A DNA stretch of 64,000 nt from Patescibacteria group bacterium (lineage in GTDB: Bacteria; Patescibacteriota; Minisyncoccia; Phycocordibacterales; UBA9973): positions 83,179 to 147,178 of the forward strand of contig JBBTUV010000003.1 in assembly GCA_038063535.1 (NCBI GenBank). The letters are read 5' to 3'. Positions within the stretch are counted from its first letter, which is position 1. Each line of letters starts with the position of its first letter. The notes under the pieces are model-generated. The model searched no databases. It worked only from the letters and a program-made list of their open reading frames with translations, and had not been told where the DNA came from. Of this stretch, positions 29,740 to 38,618 are shown piece after piece. The position numbers and the translations under genes were made by a program.

Positions 29740-29955
29740 GTACGAGCAGCGGGCGAGCATTCGAAAACACTAAATTATTATTGTCTATACTTGCGCAAAG
29801 GCAGGAGAGGGGTAGACTTAAGGTAGGGTTATTTTTAATTATTACCTAGAACAATATTTTTTGGGAACTTCGATCGCGCTCAGCCTTGGCCCTGCACGTC
29901 TGGTACCCACCTAAGCGAGAGCTATGGTAATAAATTGGGAATAGCCCTAAGAAAG

Positions 29956-29985
29956 AATCCGCCGCTTCAAAAGGCGGATTTTTTC
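29956..29985 (+). terminator. Rho-independent terminator AATCCGCC-GCTTCAAAA-GGCGGATT followed by T6
   Basis: Perfect 8-bp stem plus U-tract seen directly. Lies 28 nt upstream of the next start codon (attenuator-like geometry). Confidence 0.7.
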
Positions 29986-30012
29986 GTACTAATCGGATAT
30001 AATACTTATAAG

Positions 30013-30372
30013 ATGCAAAAGGACAAACAACCGATTTTCGTCGCCGGGTTCATTTTTTTAATTTTGATCATAAACTTCGCGGCGATGAAGTTCCACTGGT
30101 ATTACACAATTGCCTGGTTCGACATGCCGATGCACTTTCTCGGGGGGCTCTGGATCGGCTTTGCTCTATTTTACTTCGCGCGAGGCGAGCTGTCTTTTGT
30201 AAAATTCATCGGTTGGGTACTCGGAATAGGAGTTTTGTGGGAAGTGTTCGAACTTTTTAACAATCACTACTTCGGCACTCAAGATCCGTTTGATCTTCTC
30301 GACACACTTTCCGATTTTCTGTTTGATCTCTTGGGCGGAACTGCGGCATATTTGATGAAGCAAAAACGATGA
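30013..30372 (+). CDS. Small integral membrane protein (~120 aa, possibly VanZ-like)
   Basis: 3-4 hydrophobic segments. C-terminal ...HYFGTQDPFDLLDTLSDFLFDLLGG... loosely resembles VanZ-family motif. ORF-track start at 29935 would run through the terminator. Confidence 0.4.
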   Translation: MQKDKQPIFVAGFIFLILIINFAAMKFHWYYTIAWFDMPMHFLGGLWIGFALFYFARGELSFVKFIGWVLGIGVLWEVFELFNNHYFGTQDPFDLLDTLSDFLFDLLGGTAAYLMKQKR

Positions 30373-31733
30373 AGGGTATAGCCACAATTACATTTTCCGG
30401 AGGCGCTGGGTCGGTGACCGGCTCGAATTTCCTTTTCGAAGCGGACGGAAAGAAAATCCTGGTCGACTGCGGACTGCTGCAGGGAGTCAAGCTCGCTGAC
30501 GATATCAACTGGGAGCCCTTTCCATATGAGCCGAAAGAAGTCGACATTCTTTTTGTCACCCATGCCCATGTGGATCATCTCGGGAGGATCCCGAAACTCC
30601 TAGCCGAAGGCTTTCGAGGGAAAATTTTATCGACGCCGCCCACTCGCGCACTCGCCGGGCCGATGCTCGATGATGCGGCGGGGATACTCCGAGGGAACCC
30701 GCATTTTGCGCTCGAGAAAATTTACACGGAAGAGCGTCTCCGAGAAACACTTTCTCTCTGGCAGTCGGTTGATTATCACGCGCCGATTAAGATCACCGAA
30801 AATCTCTCAGCAACGCTCCTCAATTCCGGCCACATTCTTGGCTCAGCGATGGTGGAATTTATTTTTCACGGGAAAAAGATACTTTTCACAAGCGACTTAG
30901 GGAACAGCCCGTCTCTCCTTCTACCCGATAATGAGCGCGTTACCGACGCAGATTATCTCGTGATCGAGAGCGTCTATGGCGACCGAAACCACGAATCCCA
31001 CGCGGAACGACGGGCAGCGCTTGAAAGGATCATTCAAGAAAACTACACCCGCAAGGGGACGCTCCTTATCCCGGTATTTTCCCTCGAGCGCTCGCAGGAG
31101 CTTCTTTTTGAGCTCAATAACTTAGTCGAAGAAAAAAGAATACCGATCATGCCGATTTTCTTCGATTCGCCGCTCGCTATACGTCTCACTGAGATATTCA
31201 AGCGCTATAAGGATTATTTCAACGACCGAGCCCAGGCGGCGATGGTGCACGATAAGTACCTCTTTGATTTCCCGGGCCTGCATTCGACCCTAAAATCAAG
31301 CGAGTCGAAGATGATAGACGAGGTCCCGAACCCGAAGATCATTATCGCGGGTTCCGGTATGTCCTCGGGCGGACGGATAATTTTTCACGAAAGGAGATTT
31401 TTGCCAGACCCGAACAACACAATACTCCTCGCCGGTTACCAATCAGCCGGCACGCCCGGGCGCCTGATTCAGGAAGGAGTAAGGACGGTACGGATCGGGG
31501 GCGAATTTACGGTGGTACGTGCGCGCGTGGTCACCATTTCGGGGTACTCCGGGCACAAGGATTCGGACGGGTTGCTCGAGTTCGTTGCCGGGATGGAGAA
31601 GCGAGTGAAAAAAGTATTTGTGGTGATGGGAGAGCAGAAATCGGCGATGTATCTCACGCAGAAAATCCGAGACAACTCAAATATCGACGCCTACGCGCCG
31701 GAGCGGGGAGACAAAGTCACGCTTGAGTGCTAA
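30369..31733 (+). CDS. Beta-CASP family metallo-beta-lactamase-fold ribonuclease (RNase J-like / CPSF-like)
   Basis: MBL motif HAHVDHLG near N-terminus. Beta-CASP region with conserved D/H motifs. 454 aa. Confidence 0.7.
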   Translation: MKGIATITFSGGAGSVTGSNFLFEADGKKILVDCGLLQGVKLADDINWEPFPYEPKEVDILFVTHAHVDHLGRIPKLLAEGFRGKILSTPPTRALAGPMLDDAAGILRGNPHFALEKIYTEERLRETLSLWQSVDYHAPIKITENLSATLLNSGHILGSAMVEFIFHGKKILFTSDLGNSPSLLLPDNERVTDADYLVIESVYGDRNHESHAERRAALERIIQENYTRKGTLLIPVFSLERSQELLFELNNLVEEKRIPIMPIFFDSPLAIRLTEIFKRYKDYFNDRAQAAMVHDKYLFDFPGLHSTLKSSESKMIDEVPNPKIIIAGSGMSSGGRIIFHERRFLPDPNNTILLAGYQSAGTPGRLIQEGVRTVRIGGEFTVVRARVVTISGYSGHKDSDGLLEFVAGMEKRVKKVFVVMGEQKSAMYLTQKIRDNSNIDAYAPERGDKVTLEC

Positions 31734-31745
31734 AAACTATTTCGG

Positions 31746-32090
31746 CTACTTCACCTCGGCGAGGACTTTTTTGAAAGTCTCCGGGTGATTCTCGGCAAAA
31801 TCCGCGAGGATCTTCCGGTCAAGCACAATATTTTTTTTCTTGAGGGCGCCGATGAGTTTCGAATATGATACTCCCTGCTCCCGAGCTCCGGCGTTAATCT
31901 TGATGTTCCAGAGTTTTCGGTTGAAGGATTTCTTGTCCCTCCTGTGCGCAAGCGCGTAAGCTCCTGCGTGAAGCAGCGCTTCTTTTGCCTGGCGCTCTTT
32001 CTTCGAGCGGCCGTGGCGGAAGCCTTTCGCTTGTTTTAAAATGCTTCTTCGGCGCTTTAGCGCGTGAACTCCTTTTTTAACGCGTGTCAT
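31746..32090 (-). CDS. rplT: 50S ribosomal protein L20
   Basis: MTRVKKGVHALKRRRSILKQAKGFRHGRSK... L20 signature. Confidence 0.93.
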   Translation of the reverse strand: MTRVKKGVHALKRRRSILKQAKGFRHGRSKKERQAKEALLHAGAYALAHRRDKKSFNRKLWNIKINAGAREQGVSYSKLIGALKKKNIVLDRKILADFAENHPETFKKVLAEVK

Positions 32091-32091
32091 A

Positions 32092-32277
32092 TTAGCTAAA
32101 TGGCAAAAGGTGGCTTCTGGGCTTATTCTTAATTGTAAAACCTTTTCGCTTCCTACCGGAGAGTTGGGTAGTTCTCGATTGTTTCGCGTTGAAATGGTTA
32201 AAACCTGGCTTGCGCGAAAGGATTTTCCCGTTTTTCGTGAGCTTCAATCTTTTGCTGTATGATTTGTTCGTTTTCAT
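32092..32277 (-). CDS. rpmI: 50S ribosomal protein L35
   Basis: 61 aa, MKTNKSYSKRLKLTKNGK... L35. Confidence 0.88.
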   Translation of the reverse strand: MKTNKSYSKRLKLTKNGKILSRKPGFNHFNAKQSRTTQLSGRKRKGFTIKNKPRSHLLPFS

Positions 32278-32783
32278 TATTTTGCCTTCTCTATTGTCAT
32301 CGACAGACCCCTCGGGCCTCTTTTGGCCAACTCGGAAACTTTGTAGTCTTCGGCGAGGAGGTGAAGCAATCTCTCGAGCCGCGTATGCAGGAACTTTTCA
32401 TCCAGGTATTTCGCCCGACCGGACAGATATAGTTCAACTTTTATCCGGTGACCTTCCTTGAGCCATTTCGAGGCGGTCCCGGCCTTAAGTGCGAGGTCGT
32501 GGTCCCCGGTGCCGATCTTGATCTGGATAGACTTGGTTTCGGTCGGTTTTGCTCCGGAGCGAGCCTTTTTGAGTTTCTTGCTGGCCTCGTATTGGTATTT
32601 TCCAAATTCCATTATCTTCGCCACAGGTGGGTTTGCATTCGGTGCTATCTCGATGAGGTCGAGGCCCCGTGCCTGCGCTAACTCCAGCGCTTCCTTTATC
32701 GAGAGGACGCCGATACTCTCGTTGTCAGCCCCGAGGACGCGAAGGGAGGAAGCTCTTATTTGATTGTTGATTCTCTCGCGCAA
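32277..32783 (-). CDS. infC: Translation initiation factor IF-3
   Basis: N-domain INNQIRASSLRVLGADNESIGVLSIKEALELAQARGLDLIEI and C-domain. infC-rpmI-rplT order. Start codon uncertain (IF3 often uses a non-ATG start). Confidence 0.88.
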   Translation of the reverse strand: MRERINNQIRASSLRVLGADNESIGVLSIKEALELAQARGLDLIEIAPNANPPVAKIMEFGKYQYEASKKLKKARSGAKPTETKSIQIKIGTGDHDLALKAGTASKWLKEGHRIKVELYLSGRAKYLDEKFLHTRLERLLHLLAEDYKVSELAKRGPRGLSMTIEKAK

Positions 32784-32899
32784 ATGTATCTCAAAATATG
32801 AGGCTCCACGGATTTTAGCCTACTTAGCCCCCAAAGTCAATAAATACATCAATTATTGTAATTTAGCCATAAACCTGCCAAAATTAAAGAAATTAATTT

Positions 32900-34237
32900 A
32901 TGCTTAACGATTCAATTTTCAAGGCCTACGATGTTCGAGGCGTTTACCCCACCGATTTAAACGAGGAAACAGCTTATCTAATAGGGAGGGCATTTGGTGC
33001 GTACGCAAAAGCGGAAAAAATGGTGGTCGGTTGTGACGCCCGACTTTCTTCCCCCCAATTACTGAAAAGTCTTACCGCAGGGATAAATTCACAAAGCATT
33101 TCAGTTATTGATATCGGGTTGTGTCCCGTTGAATTGATTTATTTTGCAGTAGCAAGTAATGATTTTGATGCCGGAATAATGATAACTGCTAGCCATAATC
33201 CTAAACAATATAATGGCTTTAAGATGGTTGTGAAGGTGGGCAGTGACGTAAGTATTATTCCCGGGAGAGAACTTCTGCCCCATGTAGAAGAAATCAAAGA
33301 AATTACTGAAACCTCTAGTAAGAAGTTATCTGATATTAATTTTCAAGATGAGTATCAGAAATATATTTTAAAATTTTGCAATTTAAAGGATATCAAGAAA
33401 TTCAAAATAGTTATCGATGCTTCTAATGGCGTAGCAGGTAGAACCATTTCTTTGCTGGAGTCCCAACTTCCTGCTGATATCATTAAATTGAATTTTGATC
33501 CTGATGGCAACTTTCCCAATCACTCCCCGAACCCGCTTGAATTAAACGCGAGAGATCAAATAACAGAAGCCGTAAAGGAAAATAAGGCAGATTTTGGATT
33601 AATATTTGATGCGGACGGGGATAGAATATTTCTGATCGATGAATTGGGCAATTTTGTACCTGCGGATATCACTCTTCTTTTTTTAGCCAGACATTTTTTA
33701 AAGGGAGCAAAGAGCGCGCCTATCATTTACAACCTTATTTGCTCTAGGGCGGTGCCACAATTTATAAGAAAATGGGGTGGTAAAGCAGTACGAACGGCGG
33801 TGGGGTTTGTAAACGTTCAAAAAGAATTAAAAAAAAGTGGCGGCGCAATGGGCGGTGAACTCTCGGGTCATTATTGCTTCCGTGATTTTTTTAACATGGA
33901 TTCAGGCATTTTCCCGTTCTTAATCCTGTTAGAGGTTTTTTCCAAGGACAACCGAAATATTTCAGAAATGGTTAAAGAACTCAGTTTGTACTCCAAAGTT
34001 GCAGTAAATTTTGAGGTGAGCGACAAAGAAAAAATCTTGGAAAAATTAAAAAAAGAATATGCAGACGGTCAGCAAGATTTTTTGGACGGTATAACTATAG
34101 AATACTCTAATTGGTGGTTTAATGTCCGACCTTCCAACACTGAGCCAATCTTGCGTTTAACCATCGAAGCTGATACGCAAAATTTATTGAGTGAAAAGAC
34201 AAAAGAGATAGAGGAATTTATAAACGTAAATAAATAA
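32900..34237 (+). CDS. Phosphohexomutase (phosphoglucomutase/phosphomannomutase/GlmM family)
   Basis: Active-site TASHNP(KQYNGFK), metal-binding DADGDR, sugar-binding GELSGH motifs. 445 aa. AT-rich codon usage. Confidence 0.8.
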   Translation: MLNDSIFKAYDVRGVYPTDLNEETAYLIGRAFGAYAKAEKMVVGCDARLSSPQLLKSLTAGINSQSISVIDIGLCPVELIYFAVASNDFDAGIMITASHNPKQYNGFKMVVKVGSDVSIIPGRELLPHVEEIKEITETSSKKLSDINFQDEYQKYILKFCNLKDIKKFKIVIDASNGVAGRTISLLESQLPADIIKLNFDPDGNFPNHSPNPLELNARDQITEAVKENKADFGLIFDADGDRIFLIDELGNFVPADITLLFLARHFLKGAKSAPIIYNLICSRAVPQFIRKWGGKAVRTAVGFVNVQKELKKSGGAMGGELSGHYCFRDFFNMDSGIFPFLILLEVFSKDNRNISEMVKELSLYSKVAVNFEVSDKEKILEKLKKEYADGQQDFLDGITIEYSNWWFNVRPSNTEPILRLTIEADTQNLLSEKTKEIEEFINVNK

Positions 34238-34241
34238 TCTG

Positions 34242-34682
34242 ATGGCAAATTATGCAGAAAACAGAAAAGCGCACTTCAATTACGAAATGCTCGAGCGCTA
34301 CGAAGCGGGCGTCGAGCTCCTCGGCACGGAAGTAAAATCCGTCCGCGGGGGCAGAATGTCGCTCGAGGGTTCTTTCGTCATCCTGCGGGGCGGGGAAGCG
34401 TTCCTCATTAACGCGAACATTCCTCCTTATCAGCCGAACAATTCGCCGAAAGATTATGAGCCGCTTCGCGCGCGTCGGCTCCTGCTTACAAAAAAGGAAA
34501 GAGATGAGCTCGCCAAAAGCGAAAAAACAAATTTGACAATCGTGCCCTTAAAAGTGTACAATAAAGGGAAGAAAATCAAACTCGAGATCGCATTGGCCAA
34601 GGGCAAGAAAAAACACGACAAACGCGAAACTATAAAGCAGCGCGAGACCGAGCGTGATATAAGAAGAACTTTGAAAGGTTAG
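34242..34682 (+). CDS. smpB: SsrA-binding protein SmpB
   Basis: NRKAHFNYEMLERYEAGVELLGTEVKS... SmpB N-terminus. Followed by tmRNA. Confidence 0.92.
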   Translation: MANYAENRKAHFNYEMLERYEAGVELLGTEVKSVRGGRMSLEGSFVILRGGEAFLINANIPPYQPNNSPKDYEPLRARRLLLTKKERDELAKSEKTNLTIVPLKVYNKGKKIKLEIALAKGKKKHDKRETIKQRETERDIRRTLKG

Positions 34683-34688
34683 AATTAT

Positions 34689-35061
34689 GGGGATGCAAGG
34701 CATAGACAGAGGGCCGGCTACCTAGATGCATGTCGAGACGGCGGAGCTCGTAAAACACGCCAAAATGTTAATTGCAAAATTGACTTCAAAGCAATCGCCT
34801 TACTTCGGTAATGCGTTTGCTCCGGTTTTCGCGTAAGCCAAGACCGGTGTTCTCTCCATAGACTTCCGATATATGGAAAGGGCATAAAATTATCGGGATA
34901 GTTCCTGCGAGCGTTTCGGCGCTGGAGCAAAACTAAGAAACTCGGTCGGGAAATATTTGGCGCGTTTAAGAATTTTCCGGTCTAAAACAAAAAAGCGCGC
35001 TACACATGTAGACTTTTAGTCAGCAGCTTTCTGCACGGGGGCTCGATTCCCCCCATCTCCA
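34689..35061 (+). ncRNA. ssrA: tmRNA (SsrA)
   Basis: 5' GGGGAUG pairs with 3' CAUCUCC-A to form a tRNA-Ala-like acceptor stem with a G3:U wobble. T-arm GGGGGCUCGAUUCCCCC. Candidate tag ORF ends ...GNAFAPVFA-TAA at ~34834-34836. Lies directly downstream of smpB. Confidence 0.8.
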
Positions 35062-35092
35062 CAAAACGGATTTATTATGATAACCTTAAGCG

Positions 35093-37027
35093 ATGGATTT
35101 TAATTTTTTGAATCAAAAGGACGAGAAAGAGGCGCCCGGCAAAGGGATGAAGCAAAAAACTCCCCCGAAGTTTGGCGGGAGCTTCGCGGGCACCATCCTC
35201 ATCTTTATGCTTATCTCCGCGCTCTACCTTGCTCTCTCAGGAGTGCCTGACACCACTGCCGAGGTTTCTATCTCTGAGCTTGCCAAGAATATTTCCGCCG
35301 GAGAGGTGAAGAAAATCTCAATAGAGGGGGATAACCTGAACGTCACCTACATGAATGACGAGGTAAAGAGATCGAAAAAGGAAGTGAACTCTCCGCTTTC
35401 CGAGACGCTCAAAAATTACGGTGTCACGCCTGAAGCGCTTTCCGCCACCGAGATCGAGGTGAAGAAGGAAAGCGGATTTTTCTACTGGCTAGTGAATATC
35501 CTGCCGATACTTATCCCTATTATCTTTATTCTTATCTTCTTCTGGTACATCTCGCGGCAGATGCGCGGCGCGGGCATCCAGGCTCTTTCCTTCGGCCAAT
35601 CCAAAGCCCGTATCACCGACCCGTCCGATAAATCAAACCGTGTAACGTTCAAAGACGTGGCCGGGGTCAAAGAAGCCAAAGAAGAGCTCAAAGAAATTGT
35701 GGAATTCCTGCGCAGCCCCAAAAAATTTCTGGATATCGGAGCAAGGATCCCCAAAGGCGTGATTCTCACCGGTGCCCCGGGTACGGGCAAGACCTTGCTT
35801 GCGCGCGCGGTTGCGGGGGAGGCAAGCGTTCCTTTCTTCCACCTCTCCGGCTCGGAGTTCGTCGAGATGTTCGTGGGTGTCGGTGCTTCCCGCGTGCGTG
35901 ACCTTTTCAAGATGGCCAAGAAAGCCGCGCCAGCCATTATTTTCGTCGACGAGATCGACGCCATCGGCCGCACCCGCGGCGGAGGATTCGGCGGAGGCAA
36001 CGACGAGCGCGAGCAGACCCTAAACCAGATCCTGGTGGAGATGGATGGTTTTGAGCCCAACGAAAAGGTGATCGTCATGGCCGCCACCAACCGGCCGGAC
36101 GTGCTTGACCCGGCGCTGGTGCGGCCCGGGCGCTTTGACAGAAAAGTGCTTCTCGACATGCCCGACCGCAACGACCGCGAAGAGATTTTAAAAATTCATG
36201 CGCAAAAGAAGCCGCTCGCCGAAGATATCAACCTGCGCCTCATTGCCGAGCGCACCCCGGGATTCTCCGGGGCGGATCTCTATTCGCTTATGAACGAAGG
36301 GGCGATACTGGCCGCACGCGAGAACAGAAAGAAAGTCTCGCAATTCGACCTGATCCGCGCCATCGAGAAAGTCATGCTCGGGCCGGAGCGGAAGAGCCAC
36401 CTTCTCTCCTCGAAAGAAAAAGAGATCACTGCTTATCATGAAGCCGGGCATGCGCTAGTTGCCTCCGTTCTGCCTTATGCCGACCCGGTTCATAAAGTTT
36501 CGATTATCGCTCGCGGTTCGGCCGGTGGCTACACATTGAAACTTCCCATCGAAGAGCGACGTTTACAAAGCAAAAAAGAATTCCTTGACGACATCGCTAT
36601 GTCCTTGGGGGGATACGCGGCCGAACAGATGATCTTCGGGGACATCACCACCGGGCCCTCAAGCGACCTGCAGGTTGCAACCAACTTGGCAAGGGCCATG
36701 GTCACCCGCTTCGGCATGTCCGAAACACTGGGGCCGATTGCGCTTGTGGACGGCGAAGCGAAGATTCGCTTCGGGGAATTCGCAGAGAAGGAATATTCAG
36801 AGAAAGTCGGCGCAGAGATCGATAAAGAAGTTTCGAAAATAATAAATGACGGCATCAAACGCGCCGAGCGCGCGCTCAAAGAGCACAAGGCCGCCTTCAA
36901 GGCAATTGCGGAGAAACTGATCGAAGTGGAAACTCTAGAGCAAGAAGAATTTGAGAAACTCCTGATCGCCCACGGCATCGAGCCGAAGAAAAAAGAAGTG
37001 CCGGCGTCCTTGAATCTGGTCGCCTAG
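35093..37027 (+). CDS. ftsH: ATP-dependent zinc metalloprotease FtsH
   Basis: N-terminal TM segments. AAA Walker A GAPGTGKT, Walker [12 protein letters not shown] region. Zn-binding HEAGHA motif. Confidence 0.96.
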   Translation: MDFNFLNQKDEKEAPGKGMKQKTPPKFGGSFAGTILIFMLISALYLALSGVPDTTAEVSISELAKNISAGEVKKISIEGDNLNVTYMNDEVKRSKKEVNSPLSETLKNYGVTPEALSATEIEVKKESGFFYWLVNILPILIPIIFILIFFWYISRQMRGAGIQALSFGQSKARITDPSDKSNRVTFKDVAGVKEAKEELKEIVEFLRSPKKFLDIGARIPKGVILTGAPGTGKTLLARAVAGEASVPFFHLSGSEFVEMFVGVGASRVRDLFKMAKKAAPAIIFVDEIDAIGRTRGGGFGGGNDEREQTLNQILVEMDGFEPNEKVIVMAATNRPDVLDPALVRPGRFDRKVLLDMPDRNDREEILKIHAQKKPLAEDINLRLIAERTPGFSGADLYSLMNEGAILAARENRKKVSQFDLIRAIEKVMLGPERKSHLLSSKEKEITAYHEAGHALVASVLPYADPVHKVSIIARGSAGGYTLKLPIEERRLQSKKEFLDDIAMSLGGYAAEQMIFGDITTGPSSDLQVATNLARAMVTRFGMSETLGPIALVDGEAKIRFGEFAEKEYSEKVGAEIDKEVSKIINDGIKRAERALKEHKAAFKAIAEKLIEVETLEQEEFEKLLIAHGIEPKKKEVPASLNLVA

Positions 37028-37046
37028 CGTTGTAGGATATCCCTAT

Positions 37047-37120
37047 CCGCCCTTAGCTCAGCTGGTTAGAGCACAGAGCTTATACCTCTGGGGTCCTTGG
37101 TTCGAGTCCAAGAGGGCGGA
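37047..37120 (+). tRNA. tRNA-Ile with anticodon UAU (TAT)
   Basis: Cloverleaf: acceptor CCGCCCT/AGGGCGG. D-arm GCTC...GAGC. Anticodon stem CAGAG/CTCTG with loop CTTATAC (U33, anticodon TAT, A37). T-arm CTTGG-TTCGAGT-CCAAG. Discriminator A. No encoded CCA. Confidence 0.85.
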
Positions 37121-37124
37121 CTTT

Positions 37125-37616
37125 TTACGCAAGCCAGGGATATTTCTGGACGAGCGGCGTTCGCCACCACTGGTTGCCCAGGCCGAAATATTTGCCCGGG
37201 GTGGACCAGGCGAGGGCGAGCATGATGAAGAAGTTCACGAAGTGATCATCAATGAACGGGTGATGCTCGGGCGGGATAAGCGCGAGGTACATGAGAAAGT
37301 ACATAAGCGCCCCCACGTATGCCCCGAGCCGAGCCATGATGCCAAGCGTAAGCGTTATTCCGACGAAAAGGAGTCCCAGCATAAAGAGCCAATCCACTAA
37401 TCCCGACCCGGCCAGGGAGTTGAAGAAACCAGTAAAGGGCCCATGCACGCCGAAGCTTAAGAATCCGGTAGTGGGCGAGCCGCCGGAGAGCCAGGCACCC
37501 TCCGGTGCCGTTGCGAACCCAAGCCCCCAAACTTTATCCACAAACGCCCAGAGGAATACGAGCCCCATCGAGAGGCGCAATACTCCTAGCGCCGCCTTGA
37601 ATTTATTTGAATCCAT
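37125..37616 (-). CDS. DoxX-family membrane protein
   Basis: 4-TM protein with LRLSMGLVFLWAFVDKV DoxX-like N-terminal helix. Confidence 0.5.
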   Translation of the reverse strand: MDSNKFKAALGVLRLSMGLVFLWAFVDKVWGLGFATAPEGAWLSGGSPTTGFLSFGVHGPFTGFFNSLAGSGLVDWLFMLGLLFVGITLTLGIMARLGAYVGALMYFLMYLALIPPEHHPFIDDHFVNFFIMLALAWSTPGKYFGLGNQWWRTPLVQKYPWLA

Positions 37617-37619
37617 TTT

Positions 37620-38000
37620 TTAGCGAAACCACTCTCGCAAACTCTTCGGCCAACCGAGCATCATAAGTAGCGCAAGCGGTGCCCCCCAGTTTGCGGAGCG
37701 TTCCACGAAGTCCCAGATCGGCTCTCCGACAAGCGGGCGCACTAAAGCTGTCCAAAATCCCCAGAGCGCGGCCCAGAGCAGCACTATTCGAATCGGTTTT
37801 AGTAAAACGATTATCGCAACCAGCACATCCACTACACCGACCAGCGTAAGTAGGGTAGTGGCCGTTGCCACGTCTGTCCCGGTAAGCTGCTGGATCCAGG
37901 ATATCCACGACGCCTTCCCCTGGAAGGCAAAAATGCCGTGGCCCAGGAATTCTCCGGCCACCGCGATCCTCAAAACCCACTCGATTTTTTTATTATCCAT
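37620..38000 (-). CDS. Small membrane protein (DoxX/DoxD-like)
   Basis: 126 aa, 3-4 hydrophobic helices. Tandem with the preceding DoxX-like gene. Confidence 0.4.
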   Translation of the reverse strand: MDNKKIEWVLRIAVAGEFLGHGIFAFQGKASWISWIQQLTGTDVATATTLLTLVGVVDVLVAIIVLLKPIRIVLLWAALWGFWTALVRPLVGEPIWDFVERSANWGAPLALLMMLGWPKSLREWFR

Positions 38001-38043
38001 GTTCTAAAAAGTTATCCACAAATATGAGGGGACTAGCCTCATG

Positions 38044-38076
38044 TATAATGGTTGCATAGTTTCGAAACCTTGCAAC
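38044..38076 (+). promoter_or_regulatory. TATAAT -10 box followed by a 26-bp quasi-palindrome GTTGCA-TAG-TTTCGAAA-CCT-TGCAAC (operator-like) immediately upstream of the B12-module first gene. A 7-bp palindrome CATGAGG...CCTCATG lies at about -35.
   Basis: Seen directly. Arms GTTGCA/TGCAAC and the central TTTCGAAA are self-complementary. Confidence 0.35.
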
Positions 38077-38078
38077 TT

Positions 38079-38618
38079 ATGGATGTTTATAAAAAAAACT
38101 GGCTAAAGTTTGTTCTCGCAATAATTGCCTGCTTTCTGATTAGAATTATACCATTTCGTCCACCGAATGTGGAACCGATTCTTGCAACCCAGATGCCTTT
38201 TAGTAAGGTCTACGGAGCTTACGTGGGCTTTATATTTGCATTTTTGAGTATTATCTTGTTCGATCTGGCGACCAGCACCTTTGGAGTATGGAGTTTCCTT
38301 ACTTCGACCACCTATGGAGTTCTGGGAATCGCTGGAGCCTACTATCTTAGGAACCGTAAAGCTAACTCTTGGAATTTTGCCAAGTTTGCAATAGTCGGGA
38401 CGCTTTTCTTCGATGCCGTAACCGGCCTCTCTATCGGGCCCCTCTTTTTTAGTCAGCCCTTCTCCGAAGCATTTTTCGGGCAGATCCCGTTCACTCTTTG
38501 GCACCTCCTCGGCAACGTTTCCTTCGCGCTTGTTCTCTCACCAGCCATCTATCGCTATGTAGTTGAGAATAAAAAATTAGAGATATATGCCAAAAGCGAA
38601 AAAATATTTACAACTTAA
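38079..38618 (+). CDS. Multi-pass membrane protein resembling ECF-transporter S components (candidate cobalamin S-component, CbrT/BtuM-like)
   Basis: ~180 aa with 5-6 TM helices typical of S components. First gene of an apparent operon with nrdJ and cobO. Substrate assignment is by context only. Confidence 0.35.
   Translation: MDVYKKNWLKFVLAIIACFLIRIIPFRPPNVEPILATQMPFSKVYGAYVGFIFAFLSIILFDLATSTFGVWSFLTSTTYGVLGIAGAYYLRNRKANSWNFAKFAIVGTLFFDAVTGLSIGPLFFSQPFSEAFFGQIPFTLWHLLGNVSFALVLSPAIYRYVVENKKLEIYAKSEKIFTT

Noticed and set aside
29740-29955. Possible SRP RNA, 6S RNA or RNase P RNA in the ndk downstream spacer
   Set aside because: No conserved SRP domain IV motif, no 6S-like central bubble symmetry, and too short for RNase P. 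Kept only as an unclassified leader/terminator region.
37047-37120. Alternative reading of the tRNA as tRNA-Met/Ile2 (CAU)
   Set aside because: The anticodon loop is clearly CTTATAC with stem CAGAG/CTCTG. The middle triplet is TAT, not CAT.
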